64,000 bases of DNA. Source: Anaerolinea sp. (GTDB lineage: Bacteria; Chloroflexota; Dehalococcoidia; Tepidiformales; Tepidiformaceae). Positions within the stretch are counted from its first letter, which is position 1; each line of letters starts with the position of its first letter. The position numbers were made by a program, and so were the translations under genes. The stretch lies in the NCBI GenBank assembly GCA_013822275.1, contig PNKC01000006.1:2667-66666 (forward strand), in the 5' to 3' direction. The notes beneath the pieces were generated by a model. The model saw only the letters and a list, made by a program, of their open reading frames with translations, did no database searches and was not told where the DNA came from. Positions 1 to 8,954 of the stretch are shown here, one piece after another.

Positions 1-2
1 GC

Positions 3-278
<276 letters not shown>

Positions 279-298
279 GACGGATTCACGAACCCACG

Positions 299-339
299 CC
301 GGGCGTTCAGTGAGACCGGACTCCTCACTGAACGCCCGG
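299..339 (+). terminator. stem-loop downstream of the thiolase gene
   Basis: Perfect 16-bp inverted repeat CCGGGCGTTCAGTGAG (299-314) / CTCACTGAACGCCCGG (324-339) with a 9-nt loop. Only a weak T run follows. Confidence 0.55.
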
Positions 340-364
340 CGTTTCACTGTGATAGGGTATATAC

Positions 365-706
365 ATGATAGCGAAGCGCGCGTCGCACCGGACGAGAATC
401 GGCAAGCGGAACCAGGTGACAATACCTGCCGCACTTCTGCGCGAGTTGGGTGTGGTGCCAGGGGATCTGGTGGAAGTGTCGCTCGACGCGCAGTGCAACA
501 TCGCGATCGCGAAGGCGCTCGACCCGTTTGAGCGGCTTGCGGAGCTGCGCGCTGAGTTCAAACGAGACCACCCGGGTGCTCCGCCCGCTCCTTCTTCTGA
601 CGATGAACTTGAGGGCGTGATTCGCGAAGCGCGCAGGGTACATGGAGAAAGGGCATCCGCGGACGACGCGCGGATTATGCGGGAGTCACGTGAACCTAAC
701 GGCTGA
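365..706 (+). CDS. AbrB/MazE/SpoVT-type antitoxin (VapB-like)
   Basis: 113-aa ORF. N-terminal swapped-hairpin motif KRNQVTIPAALLRELGVVPGDLVEV. Its 3' end overlaps the PIN gene. Confidence 0.8.
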   Translation: MIAKRASHRTRIGKRNQVTIPAALLRELGVVPGDLVEVSLDAQCNIAIAKALDPFERLAELRAEFKRDHPGAPPAPSSDDELEGVIREARRVHGERASADDARIMRESREPNG

Positions 707-1112
707 CACGAACATCCTGCTTCGTCTGATCTTAAGCGACGATCTGCCGCAAAAAGCCGCGGTGACTGCGTTTCTTCGGCTCCCCGAGGGAGTGCGGGGA
801 ACTGTCGAATTGCGCACCGCGACACTGTCCGAGGTCGTCTACGTGCTGAACTCCCCGCATGAGGGTTACTCGCGCGACGATATCGTCCGGGCGTTGGAGA
901 CCGTCCTCGACCTACCGCTGCACATCGTTGAAAAGGAAGTCGTCGAAACCGCTCTCGAGCTTTACCGGGATACCCATCCGGACTGGGACGACTGCGTCGT
1001 CGCGGCCTACGCGTTGCAACACAACAACGGTCGCCTTCTGTCGTACGACCGAAAGCTCTCTCGCATCCCCGGACTTACGCGAATCGAACCGCCAATGGTG
1101 ACCGCTTCATGA
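690..1112 (+). CDS. PIN-domain toxin (VapC family)
   Basis: ORF 642-1112. Likely GTG start at 690, preceded by GGGAG. Has the N-terminal ADTNILLR acidic motif and later D/E residues typical of PIN. Overlaps the antitoxin by 17 nt. Confidence 0.8.
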   Translation: MNLTADTNILLRLILSDDLPQKAAVTAFLRLPEGVRGTVELRTATLSEVVYVLNSPHEGYSRDDIVRALETVLDLPLHIVEKEVVETALELYRDTHPDWDDCVVAAYALQHNNGRLLSYDRKLSRIPGLTRIEPPMVTAS

Positions 1113-1339
1113 CCGGACCCCGCTTCGCCGCGCGCTGCGCGTTCCTCCGGATGACGCTCGATTCGAAGCAGATGGGCACGGTGGTCAACCTCTGCCAGCA
1201 CATTGTCCGCGACGGGCGCGACTGCGTCGGCCCGTTTCTGGACGACACGGAGACGCACTGCGGCCTCTGGGAAGAGAAACCGGGGGTGCGCCCGGTCGCG
1301 GCCCCCGTTACGCTCCCTGCTCCCGGGCGGCTTCGTTAG
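1109..1339 (+). CDS. hypothetical 76-aa Cys/His-rich protein, translationally coupled to vapC
   Basis: ATGA overlap with the vapC stop. Third codon positions are almost all G/C, which is the coding signature of this genome. Carries C10, C29-x-H31, C39 and H50-C51. I recognise no family. Confidence 0.45.
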   Translation: MTGPRFAARCAFLRMTLDSKQMGTVVNLCQHIVRDGRDCVGPFLDDTETHCGLWEEKPGVRPVAAPVTLPAPGRLR

Positions 1340-1345
1340 CCAGGT

Positions 1346-1777
1346 TCATCGCTGTGTCCCGTCCAGTGTGAGCACGCCGAGTCCCGCCGCCTCCGCGCCG
1401 CGCGCCTGTTGGCGGTCCATCGTCACAAAGGTGAGGCTTTCGCCGAGTCGAAGCTGCGCAGTCAGGGCCGAGGCGATGTGTATGGCATCCAGCGTCTTGA
1501 CGGGCGCTCCAAAGGACTGACGGGCGGCGTCAAGGACGGCGGCCTCAACAGGAATCAGCTCCACCATGCCGAGGAGTGCCGATGCCCGGCGCAGAGCAGC
1601 ATCGAGCGCATCTCCAGCAAGTCTCCCCTCGTGCGTCAGGCGGTCAATGGTTCGCGCCACTTCCACTGCCATGAGTTCGCTGCAGGTGACAGTATCGGCA
1701 CTCGGGAGATGCGCGAGCCATGGCGCGCCGGTCAACACATGCGCCACCAGGACGCTTGAATCGACGTAATGCCTCAC
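1346..1777 (-). CDS. PIN-domain toxin (VapC family)
   Basis: 143-aa ORF beginning MRHYVDSSVLV, the N-terminal Asp motif of PIN. ATGA overlap with the upstream antitoxin gene. Confidence 0.8.
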   Translation of the reverse strand: MRHYVDSSVLVAHVLTGAPWLAHLPSADTVTCSELMAVEVARTIDRLTHEGRLAGDALDAALRRASALLGMVELIPVEAAVLDAARQSFGAPVKTLDAIHIASALTAQLRLGESLTFVTMDRQQARGAEAAGLGVLTLDGTQR

Positions 1778-2031
1778 CGTTGGTCGCGGCTCTCCCGCAG
1801 GATGGCCACGAGGTCAACGTCTCCGGCAATAAGCGGCGCGGGCGGCAGATCCTTCAAGGCGAACCGCAAGGCATCCGATGGGAGAGCCGGCAGTTCGTAA
1901 GGGCGAACGCACGGCCCGAGGCTCGCGATCGTTTCACCATCCTCGGCCACGAGCAGCGTCTCCCCGGCGCGGACGCGTTCGAGATACTCACGCAGATGGG
2001 CCTGGAGCTCGCTGACCTGGACTCGTTCCAT
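1774..2031 (-). CDS. Phd/YefM-type antitoxin
   Basis: 85-aa ORF. MERVQVSELQAHLREYLERVRAGETLLVAEDGETIASL fits the prevent-host-death antitoxin N-terminal pattern. 4-nt overlap with the PIN gene. Confidence 0.75.
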   Translation of the reverse strand: MERVQVSELQAHLREYLERVRAGETLLVAEDGETIASLGPCVRPYELPALPSDALRFALKDLPPAPLIAGDVDLVAILRESRDQR

Positions 2032-2058
2032 GGAACGATTCTAGCACCACGCGCGGGG

Positions 2059-2844
2059 TCATCCGGTGAGTGAATCGAGGAGTGACGCGTGCCCCAGTCC
2101 CCGCGCATCGCGAAACCGCTCGACCTCCAACAGCCGCGACACGATGCCGGCCGGGAAGAGCGCCTCGGGGTCACCGCCTGGGAGCTGGGAGCGATGGGCG
2201 CGGATCGCGCTCAGTTTCACCCGCGCGACGGGGCGAATGTCAACCTCGTAGTCGAACGACGCACTCCCAATATCAGCAGCGGCCGGAGACGGCGGGTTGC
2301 CCATCATCTCGATGCACTTTTCGTACTGGGGCAGAAACAGGCCTGCTGGGAAGGCCGCGAACAGCAACTCCGGACGCGGCCCCGACAGTGCGCGCCATGC
2401 TTCCGCAACCCAGTGGTACACCGCGATGTGGTCGGGATGTCCGTAGGCGCCGTCCGCGCCGAGTGCGAGGATCACGTCCGGGGCAATCTCGTCAACGAGG
2501 GAGCGCAGCATCCCTGCCCGCGAAGGCTGCCCGCTGAGTCCGCCATCGGGCAGCCGCAGGAAGCGCGGAGGCTGCGCGCCCAGCAGCTTGCAGGATGCCG
2601 CCAACTCCTGCTCGCGCGCCGTGCCCACGCCTTCTTTTCGCACGAGCACTCCATCGTGACGCTTGCCTCGCTCCCCGGAACTCGCACAAACGACCACACA
2701 GCGCCAGCCCGCCCGAGAAGCGAGCGCGATGGTCCCGCCGAAGCTGTAGGACTCGTCGTCCGGGTGGGGAATAACCGCGAGGAGCGTGGGCACGGGCGGA
2801 TTATCGGCACGGGCCGGGGCCGTGGCGATTCCTTGAAAGCTCAC
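2059..2844 (-). CDS. PIG-L/LmbE family deacetylase
   Basis: Contains the AVIPHPDDESYSFGG and HPDH motifs of the PIG-L (GlcNAc deacetylase) family. Its start overlaps the dapA stop. Confidence 0.8.
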   Translation of the reverse strand: MSFQGIATAPARADNPPVPTLLAVIPHPDDESYSFGGTIALASRAGWRCVVVCASSGERGKRHDGVLVRKEGVGTAREQELAASCKLLGAQPPRFLRLPDGGLSGQPSRAGMLRSLVDEIAPDVILALGADGAYGHPDHIAVYHWVAEAWRALSGPRPELLFAAFPAGLFLPQYEKCIEMMGNPPSPAAADIGSASFDYEVDIRPVARVKLSAIRAHRSQLPGGDPEALFPAGIVSRLLEVERFRDARGLGHASLLDSLTG

Positions 2845-3737
2845 GCCGGGACTGGCACATCCAGCTCGTGCTTCACCACCTCCGCCATGATGCGCGCGCC
2901 CATCACGCTGTCCGGCTCAACCACCGGCAGGCGCGGTTCGCCGATGGCGAAGCCAAGCTGCCGGAGGACGTAACGAATTGTGCTGGGGCTGCCGTTGAGG
3001 AAGCAGGCATCCGTGAGCCGGCAGAGCCGGCGCTGAATAGCCGCGGCCTCCGCGACCTGGCCGGTTTCGAGCAGTTGAAGCATCCGGCGCTGCTGCCCGG
3101 CGACAATGTGGCCAGTCACGCTGATCGCGCCATAGCCGCCGAGCGCCCAGATGTGGAAGTTGTCGTTGTCGTTGCCGCTCCAGATCTTGAAGCCGGGGGC
3201 GGCGTCGATGAGCGCGGCCGTGTGGGCGAGGTCCCCGTTCGCTTCCTTGTCGCCGACGATGTTCGGGACCTCGGCACACCGAAGGATGGTCTCCAGGGAC
3301 ATGTTCACAACGGAACGGCCGGGAATGTTGTAGATGATGACAGGCAAAGAGGTGCTCTCGGCGATGGCGCGCATGTGCCGGAAGATGCCTTCCTGGGGCG
3401 GCTTCAGGTAGTACGGCGCAACCGCGAGGATCGCATCGACGCCAGCCTTCTCCGCCAGACGCGTGAGGTGCACGGAATGGCGCGTGTCGTTCGTCCCTGA
3501 CCCTGCCACGATCGTGGCGGAGTCGCCCACCTCCTGCTTCACGCCTTCCCAGAGCCGGAACTTCTCATCATCCGTAAGCAGCGGGGCTTCTCCGGTTGTC
3601 CCCGCCAGCACGAGCCCGTCGTTGCCAGAGCGGACGAGATGGGCAGCAAGGCGGCGAGCGTGGGGGATATCCACCTCGCCGTCCGGGGTGTAAGGCGTGA
3701 CCATCGCCGTCATGAAGCGGCCGAGTTCCTGTGGCAT
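2841..3737 (-). CDS. dapA: 4-hydroxy-tetrahydrodipicolinate synthase
   Basis: ORF 2841-4142 trimmed to the internal ATG at 3737. MTAMVTPYTPDGEVD...GLVLAGTTGEAPLLT...YNIPGRS is a typical DapA sequence. Confidence 0.9.
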   Translation of the reverse strand: MPQELGRFMTAMVTPYTPDGEVDIPHARRLAAHLVRSGNDGLVLAGTTGEAPLLTDDEKFRLWEGVKQEVGDSATIVAGSGTNDTRHSVHLTRLAEKAGVDAILAVAPYYLKPPQEGIFRHMRAIAESTSLPVIIYNIPGRSVVNMSLETILRCAEVPNIVGDKEANGDLAHTAALIDAAPGFKIWSGNDNDNFHIWALGGYGAISVTGHIVAGQQRRMLQLLETGQVAEAAAIQRRLCRLTDACFLNGSPSTIRYVLRQLGFAIGEPRLPVVEPDSVMGARIMAEVVKHELDVPVPA

Positions 3738-3891
3738 GGAGAGGCTCCGGGGAGAGTGAGCGATTATTGTAACCTGTTGGGCGCCGGGGGCGCATGCAAT
3801 GGGGAATGGGGATGAGGAACGAGACACACATCGCGCGAGGCGCGAGGCGCGGGTGCGGGGCGTGACGGGACGACCGGCTAGACTGCCACGA

Positions 3892-5070
3892 GTGACGAGG
3901 GATTGGGTTGCCATCGCGAAGGGACTTGCCCCGGGCTTCGCGGCACGTGCCGCGGAGCACGATCGAGAGGGCAGCTTCCCGTTCGAGAACTTCCGCGAAC
4001 TGCGCGAGGCGGGCTTCTTCCGGCTGACGGTGCCGCGCAGCCATGGGGGCGAAGAGGCGTCACTCACGACGTTCCTGCGCGTCCAGGAGGAATTGGCCGC
4101 CGGAGACGGTTCCACCGCGCTCGCCCTGATGATGCACCTCAAGACTTTTGGCCAGGAGCGCGAAGCCCCGGCCTACCCTCAACACTGGTTCGACGAGCTC
4201 TGCCGCGGGGCGGTGGAGGACGGCTGGCTGAACAACACCGCCGCCAGCGAGGAGGGCCTTGGCAGCCCCGCCGGCGGCGGCCTTCCCGAGACGGAGGCGG
4301 TTCCCACCGGGTCCGGCTGGCTGCTTACCGGACGGAAGACGTTCACCACCCTCTCGCCCGTGCTCCACTACTTCATTGTCCTGGCGCGGCTGCCGGCCAG
4401 CGGGGGCGAGCCTCCACAGGTCGCCAACTTCATGGTCCTCCGCGACGACCCGGGCGTGCGGATCGACGAGACGTGGGACAGCCTGAGCATGCGCGCCAGC
4501 GGCAGCCACGACCTGGTGCTGGAAGCGGTCAGTCTGCCTGCGGACCGGCTGATGACCCGGCGCGCACTCGGCAGTGGTGACGCGCGGGGAGCGGCGGGCA
4601 TGGTTTGGTTCGCGCTGGGCCTTTGCGCGACGGTCACCGGGGTGGCGCGCGCGGCCCGCGACTACGCCGTGGCGTATGCCCGCGAGCGGACGCCGAACAG
4701 CAACAAGACGATCAAGGAGTACCCCGGCGTCCGCACCCGCATCGCCCGCATCGACCTGCTCCTCCAGCGCAGCCGGGCGATGACCTACGATGCGGCCGCC
4801 GCCTGGGAGTCCGGCGCCGGCGACGGGATGCGGGCGGTTGACCGGGTTGCCGCGGCAAAGGTGGACACGGTGAACAGTTGCATTGAGGCGGTGGACCTTG
4901 CGATGCGGGTTGTGGGGGGCGTCAGCCTGCGCAAGAGCCGCCCGATCGAGCGCTACTTCCGGGATGTGCGGGCGCCGCTGCACAACCCACCGCTGGAAGA
5001 CCGGGCGCTGGAACAGCTGGCACGGGCGGCGCTCGATGAGCCGCCGGAGCCCGCGCCGGCGGTGGAGTAA
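3892..5070 (+). CDS. acyl-CoA dehydrogenase family protein
   Basis: ORF 3799-5070. ACAD-like domains (WLLTGRKTFTT..., C-terminal RYFRDVRAPLHNPP). Start is uncertain: GTG at 3892 or 3862, or the start codon at 3799. Confidence 0.75.
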   Translation: MTRDWVAIAKGLAPGFAARAAEHDREGSFPFENFRELREAGFFRLTVPRSHGGEEASLTTFLRVQEELAAGDGSTALALMMHLKTFGQEREAPAYPQHWFDELCRGAVEDGWLNNTAASEEGLGSPAGGGLPETEAVPTGSGWLLTGRKTFTTLSPVLHYFIVLARLPASGGEPPQVANFMVLRDDPGVRIDETWDSLSMRASGSHDLVLEAVSLPADRLMTRRALGSGDARGAAGMVWFALGLCATVTGVARAARDYAVAYARERTPNSNKTIKEYPGVRTRIARIDLLLQRSRAMTYDAAAAWESGAGDGMRAVDRVAAAKVDTVNSCIEAVDLAMRVVGGVSLRKSRPIERYFRDVRAPLHNPPLEDRALEQLARAALDEPPEPAPAVE

Positions 5071-5074
5071 GGCG

Positions 5075-6496
5075 TCACGTCCCCGGGATCTTGAAGTCCT
5101 TGCCGATGATGATGACGACATCCGGCAGGCTGCCGTCACCTCTCGGCAGTTCCTTGATCTGCGATTCGGGGATGTTCATCCACTTCGCGATGTCTTCCGC
5201 GAGGGGGCGAAAGCGATTGCCATAAAGGGTGACGGTGGTTTCCGGCTGCACGGGCTGGTCCGGGCCGTAGTAGACGGTTGGCAGGCCCTTCGAGTAGGCA
5301 AGATAGCGGCCAAGGGCGCCGGCGCGGACCGCTCCCTCGTCGCCGCCGTAGCCGTTCTGGATTTCGACATTGGACTGGGAGTACTTCGCCTTGGTGAAGA
5401 CCTGGCTGAGGATGTACTGGACGTTTTCGTGGTTCCAGAGCTGGACGGCGGCGCCTCCGCCGGTGGTGTAACCGGTGAGCGTCTCGATGCCGTTGACAGG
5501 GTCACCGAGAGAGTAGGTCTTCAGGCGGCCGTTCGTCTCCTTGAGGAGGAGGCCGTAGCCCGGCATCTTGCTCCGGGGAATGTCCGTCTTCACCGTGCTG
5601 CTGTACGCGTCCCAGAGCTCGAGCGGGTTGTTGAGCAGCCCGAGCTGGAACGCCTTGTCCAGGGCGGCCTTCACCACGAGCTGCTGGCGCTTCACCCGCT
5701 TCAGGTCGCTGTCGTACTCGCGGTGGCGGCCGAAGGCGACGGCGTGGTAGCCGTCGAGCTTGTTGATGCCGGCCGGGAAGCTGAGCCAGACGCCATTGAT
5801 GTCGTCGTCGCTGTAAAACCAGTTCGGCACCGAGAGGTCGTAAGGGATGTCTACTTCCACGCCGCCGACGGCATCGATGAGCTTCTCCACGCCCTTGAAG
5901 TCCATCACCACCCAGTGGTCGATTTCGATGCCGAAGTTCGCCTTCAGGTCAGTCTGGAGCTGCTTGATGCCTGCTTCCGGCTTCTTCCCTTCCCTCACGC
6001 CCACGCCATAGGAAGTGTTGATCCTGTCCTCATACTTGAAGCCGTTGGGGAGGTTGATGTCGATCTGCATGTCCCGCGGAAAGCTCAGGAGGCTGACCGT
6101 CTTCTGCAGCGGGTCGATCGTCGCGACCATGATGGTGTCCGTGAGGTAGCCGTCCTGGTCACGGAATTCGTACTGCGGGCGCTTGTCGATACCGAGGACG
6201 AGGAGGTTGATGCGTTGGTTGAAGATGCTGCCCTCGTCCGGCGCGCTGATACCGATGGGCAGCCGGTCGAGCTGCGCGAGGACGGGGATGTTTATCAGGG
6301 ACTGGCCGGGGAACAGCGCGGGGTAGACGCGGGCGAGAGAGACGACCCCGGTGTACATCGAGGCGAGGCCAAAGGTGAGGAGCGAGAAGACGAACAGGAT
6401 ACGCTGGCTGGCGCTCAGGCTTGGGCGGGCCCTGACCCGGCTCCTCGACCGGGGAGCGCGGACGGGGAACGTGGCCTCTTCGACCCGGCTTGTCAC
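5075..6496 (-). CDS. LCP (LytR-CpsA-Psr) family protein with C-terminal LytR_C domain
   Basis: Arg-rich N-terminus plus one TM helix. LCP core RINLLVLGIDKR...TDTIMVATIDP...SFPRD...DHWVVMDFKGVEKLIDAVGGVEV. C-terminal NVEIQNGYGG...IIGKDF. Confidence 0.85.
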   Translation of the reverse strand: MTSRVEEATFPVRAPRSRSRVRARPSLSASQRILFVFSLLTFGLASMYTGVVSLARVYPALFPGQSLINIPVLAQLDRLPIGISAPDEGSIFNQRINLLVLGIDKRPQYEFRDQDGYLTDTIMVATIDPLQKTVSLLSFPRDMQIDINLPNGFKYEDRINTSYGVGVREGKKPEAGIKQLQTDLKANFGIEIDHWVVMDFKGVEKLIDAVGGVEVDIPYDLSVPNWFYSDDDINGVWLSFPAGINKLDGYHAVAFGRHREYDSDLKRVKRQQLVVKAALDKAFQLGLLNNPLELWDAYSSTVKTDIPRSKMPGYGLLLKETNGRLKTYSLGDPVNGIETLTGYTTGGGAAVQLWNHENVQYILSQVFTKAKYSQSNVEIQNGYGGDEGAVRAGALGRYLAYSKGLPTVYYGPDQPVQPETTVTLYGNRFRPLAEDIAKWMNIPESQIKELPRGDGSLPDVVIIIGKDFKIPGT

Positions 6497-6596
6497 AGGC
6501 TCAACCTAACGACGGCGCTGTGCTCGGTCAATGCCCCGGGGGCAGGCAGCAACGCGAGTGCCCGTTGCGGATTTGGGCCCGGGAAAGGAGCGCGGC

Positions 6597-8009
6597 TTAC
6601 GTGCCGGGGATCTTGAAGTCCGTACCCACGACGATGACCACGTCAGGCAGGCTCGTGTCGGTTTTTGGGAGCACGCGGATGCGGCTGTCCGGCAGGTTCA
6701 TCCAGCGGGCGACATCGTCCGCGAGTTGCTCCTTGTCGCCGTAGAGGACGATGCTGGTCGCTGGCTGGACCGGTTGATCCGGCCCGTAGTACACCGTCGG
6801 CAGCCCCTTGGAGTACGCCAGGTAACGCCCGAGGGCCGCCGCGCGCACCGCGCCATCGTCTCCACCGTAGCCGTTCTGGATTTCGACGTTGGAATTCGCG
6901 TAAGCGGACTTGGTGAACACCTGGCTGAGCCAGTACTGGGCGTTTTCCGGGTCCCAGAGTTGCACGTCGCGGCCGTCTGGCGTGGTCCAGCCCTGGACGG
7001 TCTGGAGGCCGTTGACCGGGTCGCCCATGGAGAACGTCCGGCTGCGGCCACCGGTGTCCCTGAGCAGCAGCCCGTAGCCCGGCATCTTCGATTTCGGTAT
7101 GTCCGTCTGGATCAGGTTGGCGTACGAGTCGTAGAGGCCTGCCGGGTTGTTCAGCAGCCCGAGCGAGAACACTTTTGCAAGGGCCGCAGAGATAACCAAC
7201 TGCTGACGTTTCACGCGGGAGAAGTCGTCCGGGTCGCGGTTTCGGCCAAAGGCGACGGCGTTGTAGCCGTCCAGGTGGCGAAGCCCGGCGGGGAAGCTGA
7301 CGTAGCGGGCGCGGATATCGTCGTCGCTGTAGTACCAGTTGCCGACGGAGAGCTCGTACGGGATCTCGATGTCGATGCCCCCGACGGCGTCGATCAACTG
7401 TTCAACCGCGCGGAAGTCCATGACCACCCAGTGGGTGACTTCGATGCCGAAGTTCTCGCGGAGGTCACGCTTCACCTGGTCCGCCCCCGCTTCCGCTGAC
7501 TTGCCGCTATTCACGCCGGTTGGAAAGGAGGCATTGATGCGGTCCTTGTAGACCTTTCCGTCCGGTGTGTGGATGTCGATCCAGAGGTCCCGTGGGAAGC
7601 TGAGCATGTTCGTGGTCTTCGTCACGGGGTCGATGGAGGCGATGAGGAGCGAATCCGTGCGGCCCGCGATGTCACCTTCGCCGGAGCGCCGGTCCAGGCC
7701 CATGATGAGGAGGTTGATACGGCGGTTCTGGAGGTCGTTCGCGCCCGGGGCGGCAACGCCTGGAGCAACCCCACCGATCTGTGATATGACGGGGACGTTG
7801 AGGATGTTTTTGCCCGGGAAGAGCATCGGCGTGACCCGCCCAAGCATCGCCAGCGTGCTGTAGGCCGAAGCAAGCACGAGGGTGAGGAGGCCAAGGACGA
7901 AGAGCGTGCGCTCGGCACGGCTTCGCCTCCGGTGAGGGGCCAGGGGGCGGCGCGACGGGCGGGGGGCGGCGCGACGCCATTCTTCTGCGCGGGGTTGCAT
8001 TGCAGCCAC
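6597..8009 (-). CDS. LCP (LytR-CpsA-Psr) family protein, tandem paralog
   Basis: Same architecture as 5075-6496 and colinear along its length. The C-terminal about 100 aa are nearly identical (SNVEIQNGYGGDDGAVRAAALGRYLAYSKGLPTVYYGPDQPVQP). Confidence 0.85.
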   Translation of the reverse strand: MAAMQPRAEEWRRAAPRPSRRPLAPHRRRSRAERTLFVLGLLTLVLASAYSTLAMLGRVTPMLFPGKNILNVPVISQIGGVAPGVAAPGANDLQNRRINLLIMGLDRRSGEGDIAGRTDSLLIASIDPVTKTTNMLSFPRDLWIDIHTPDGKVYKDRINASFPTGVNSGKSAEAGADQVKRDLRENFGIEVTHWVVMDFRAVEQLIDAVGGIDIEIPYELSVGNWYYSDDDIRARYVSFPAGLRHLDGYNAVAFGRNRDPDDFSRVKRQQLVISAALAKVFSLGLLNNPAGLYDSYANLIQTDIPKSKMPGYGLLLRDTGGRSRTFSMGDPVNGLQTVQGWTTPDGRDVQLWDPENAQYWLSQVFTKSAYANSNVEIQNGYGGDDGAVRAAALGRYLAYSKGLPTVYYGPDQPVQPATSIVLYGDKEQLADDVARWMNLPDSRIRVLPKTDTSLPDVVIVVGTDFKIPGT

Positions 8010-8064
8010 CGTAGGCAGGGCGGGGCGTTTGGGTCAACGTCGGGGAGCCCCGATTGTCCCTTCC

Positions 8065-8460
8065 CTATCCCATGCCCAGTTCGTGGAGGCGGTCGTCGTC
8101 GATGCCGAAATAGTGGCCCAGTTCGTGAAGGACCGTCTTACGGACCTGCTCGCGGATCTCGTCGTCCGTCTCGCAGACGGCTTCGATCGAATCCTGGTAG
8201 ATGGAGATCTTGTCGGGCGCCACCAGGTTGTAGTTCTCGCCCCGGTGGGTAATCGGGATGCCATGATAGAGGCCGAGGAGCAGGCGTCCGGGCCCAATGC
8301 CCGCCGTTTTCCGGTCCATCGCGGTGGGCCGCTTTTCGACAACGATATCGACGTTGTGGACGCGCTGGAGCAGCTCGGGGGGAATGAGCGCGACGGCTTC
8401 GCGGACGAGCTTGCGGAACTCGGCGCGTTCCAGCGTGCTACCTCCGGCTGGGGGATGCAC
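8065..8460 (-). CDS. minimal zincin-like metallopeptidase family protein (DUF1025-like)
   Basis: C-terminal HELGHYFGIDDDRLHELG carries an HExxH motif. ORF 8065-8568 trimmed to the GTG at 8460 to limit overlap with the upstream gene. Confidence 0.6.
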   Translation of the reverse strand: MHPPAGGSTLERAEFRKLVREAVALIPPELLQRVHNVDIVVEKRPTAMDRKTAGIGPGRLLLGLYHGIPITHRGENYNLVAPDKISIYQDSIEAVCETDDEIREQVRKTVLHELGHYFGIDDDRLHELGMG

Positions 8461-8884
8461 TCCAGAGAGTGCGGAACCCCTCGCCGCGGACAGCGTCCTT
8501 CTGCTGGGCGCGCTCCAACCCGATGAGCTCCGCCAGGGCTTCTTCCGCTGTCCGGACGGCATCGACATGGCCGCTGTCGCTCACGCGCTCCATCACCTCT
8601 TTCCAGATGCCGGTGGACTCGAGCGAACTTGCGAACCGTGGCCACCAGATGGCCACGATGCGTTCCGGCGGCCCGAATCGGGGGCGCAGTTTGCGGAGGT
8701 TGCGGTAGCGCTCTTCGACGGACTTCACCGGGTCGACGACCTTCACCATCGGCCCGTCGATCTCCGTGGCGCGAAAGTCCAGGAGGAGGCGGTGGCCCAC
8801 GGCGACGAAGCGGATCGTGACGACATCGTTCGTCCGGACCGTGGAGGCGATGTCGATGAGGTCGATGTTGAAGTCGTTGTCCAT
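8438..8884 (-). CDS. hypothetical protein (148 aa)
   Basis: ORF 8438-9229 trimmed to the ATG at 8884 (MDNDFNIDLIDIAS...). Coding-like G/C third positions. No family recognised. Overlaps the zincin gene. Confidence 0.5.
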   Translation of the reverse strand: MDNDFNIDLIDIASTVRTNDVVTIRFVAVGHRLLLDFRATEIDGPMVKVVDPVKSVEERYRNLRKLRPRFGPPERIVAIWWPRFASSLESTGIWKEVMERVSDSGHVDAVRTAEEALAELIGLERAQQKDAVRGEGFRTLWSASPSRR

Positions 8885-8954
8885 GCGACTCGGAGTGTAG
8901 AGCCTGGCCAACCGGCAGGCCAGCGCGCCCCGGCAGCGTGGCTGCTGCCGTCTT

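Noticed and set aside
2841-4142. N-terminal extensions suggested by the ORF track for dapA (433 aa), ychF (26146-27657), leuA (42184-44052), the NnrS-like gene (57441-59072) and others
   Set aside because: The extended parts are Arg/Ser/Pro-rich and non-homologous. They lack third-position bias and would overlap divergent genes or promoters. Internal ATGs reproduce the canonical N-termini (for example MQLGIIGLARSGKT and MGEKIYIFDTTLRDGEQ).
8461-8568. Longer start (8568) for the zincin-like gene
   Set aside because: It would overlap the upstream gene by 131 nt and add an Arg/Ser-rich segment. The GTG at 8460 gives an N-terminus close to the conserved region. The start remains uncertain.
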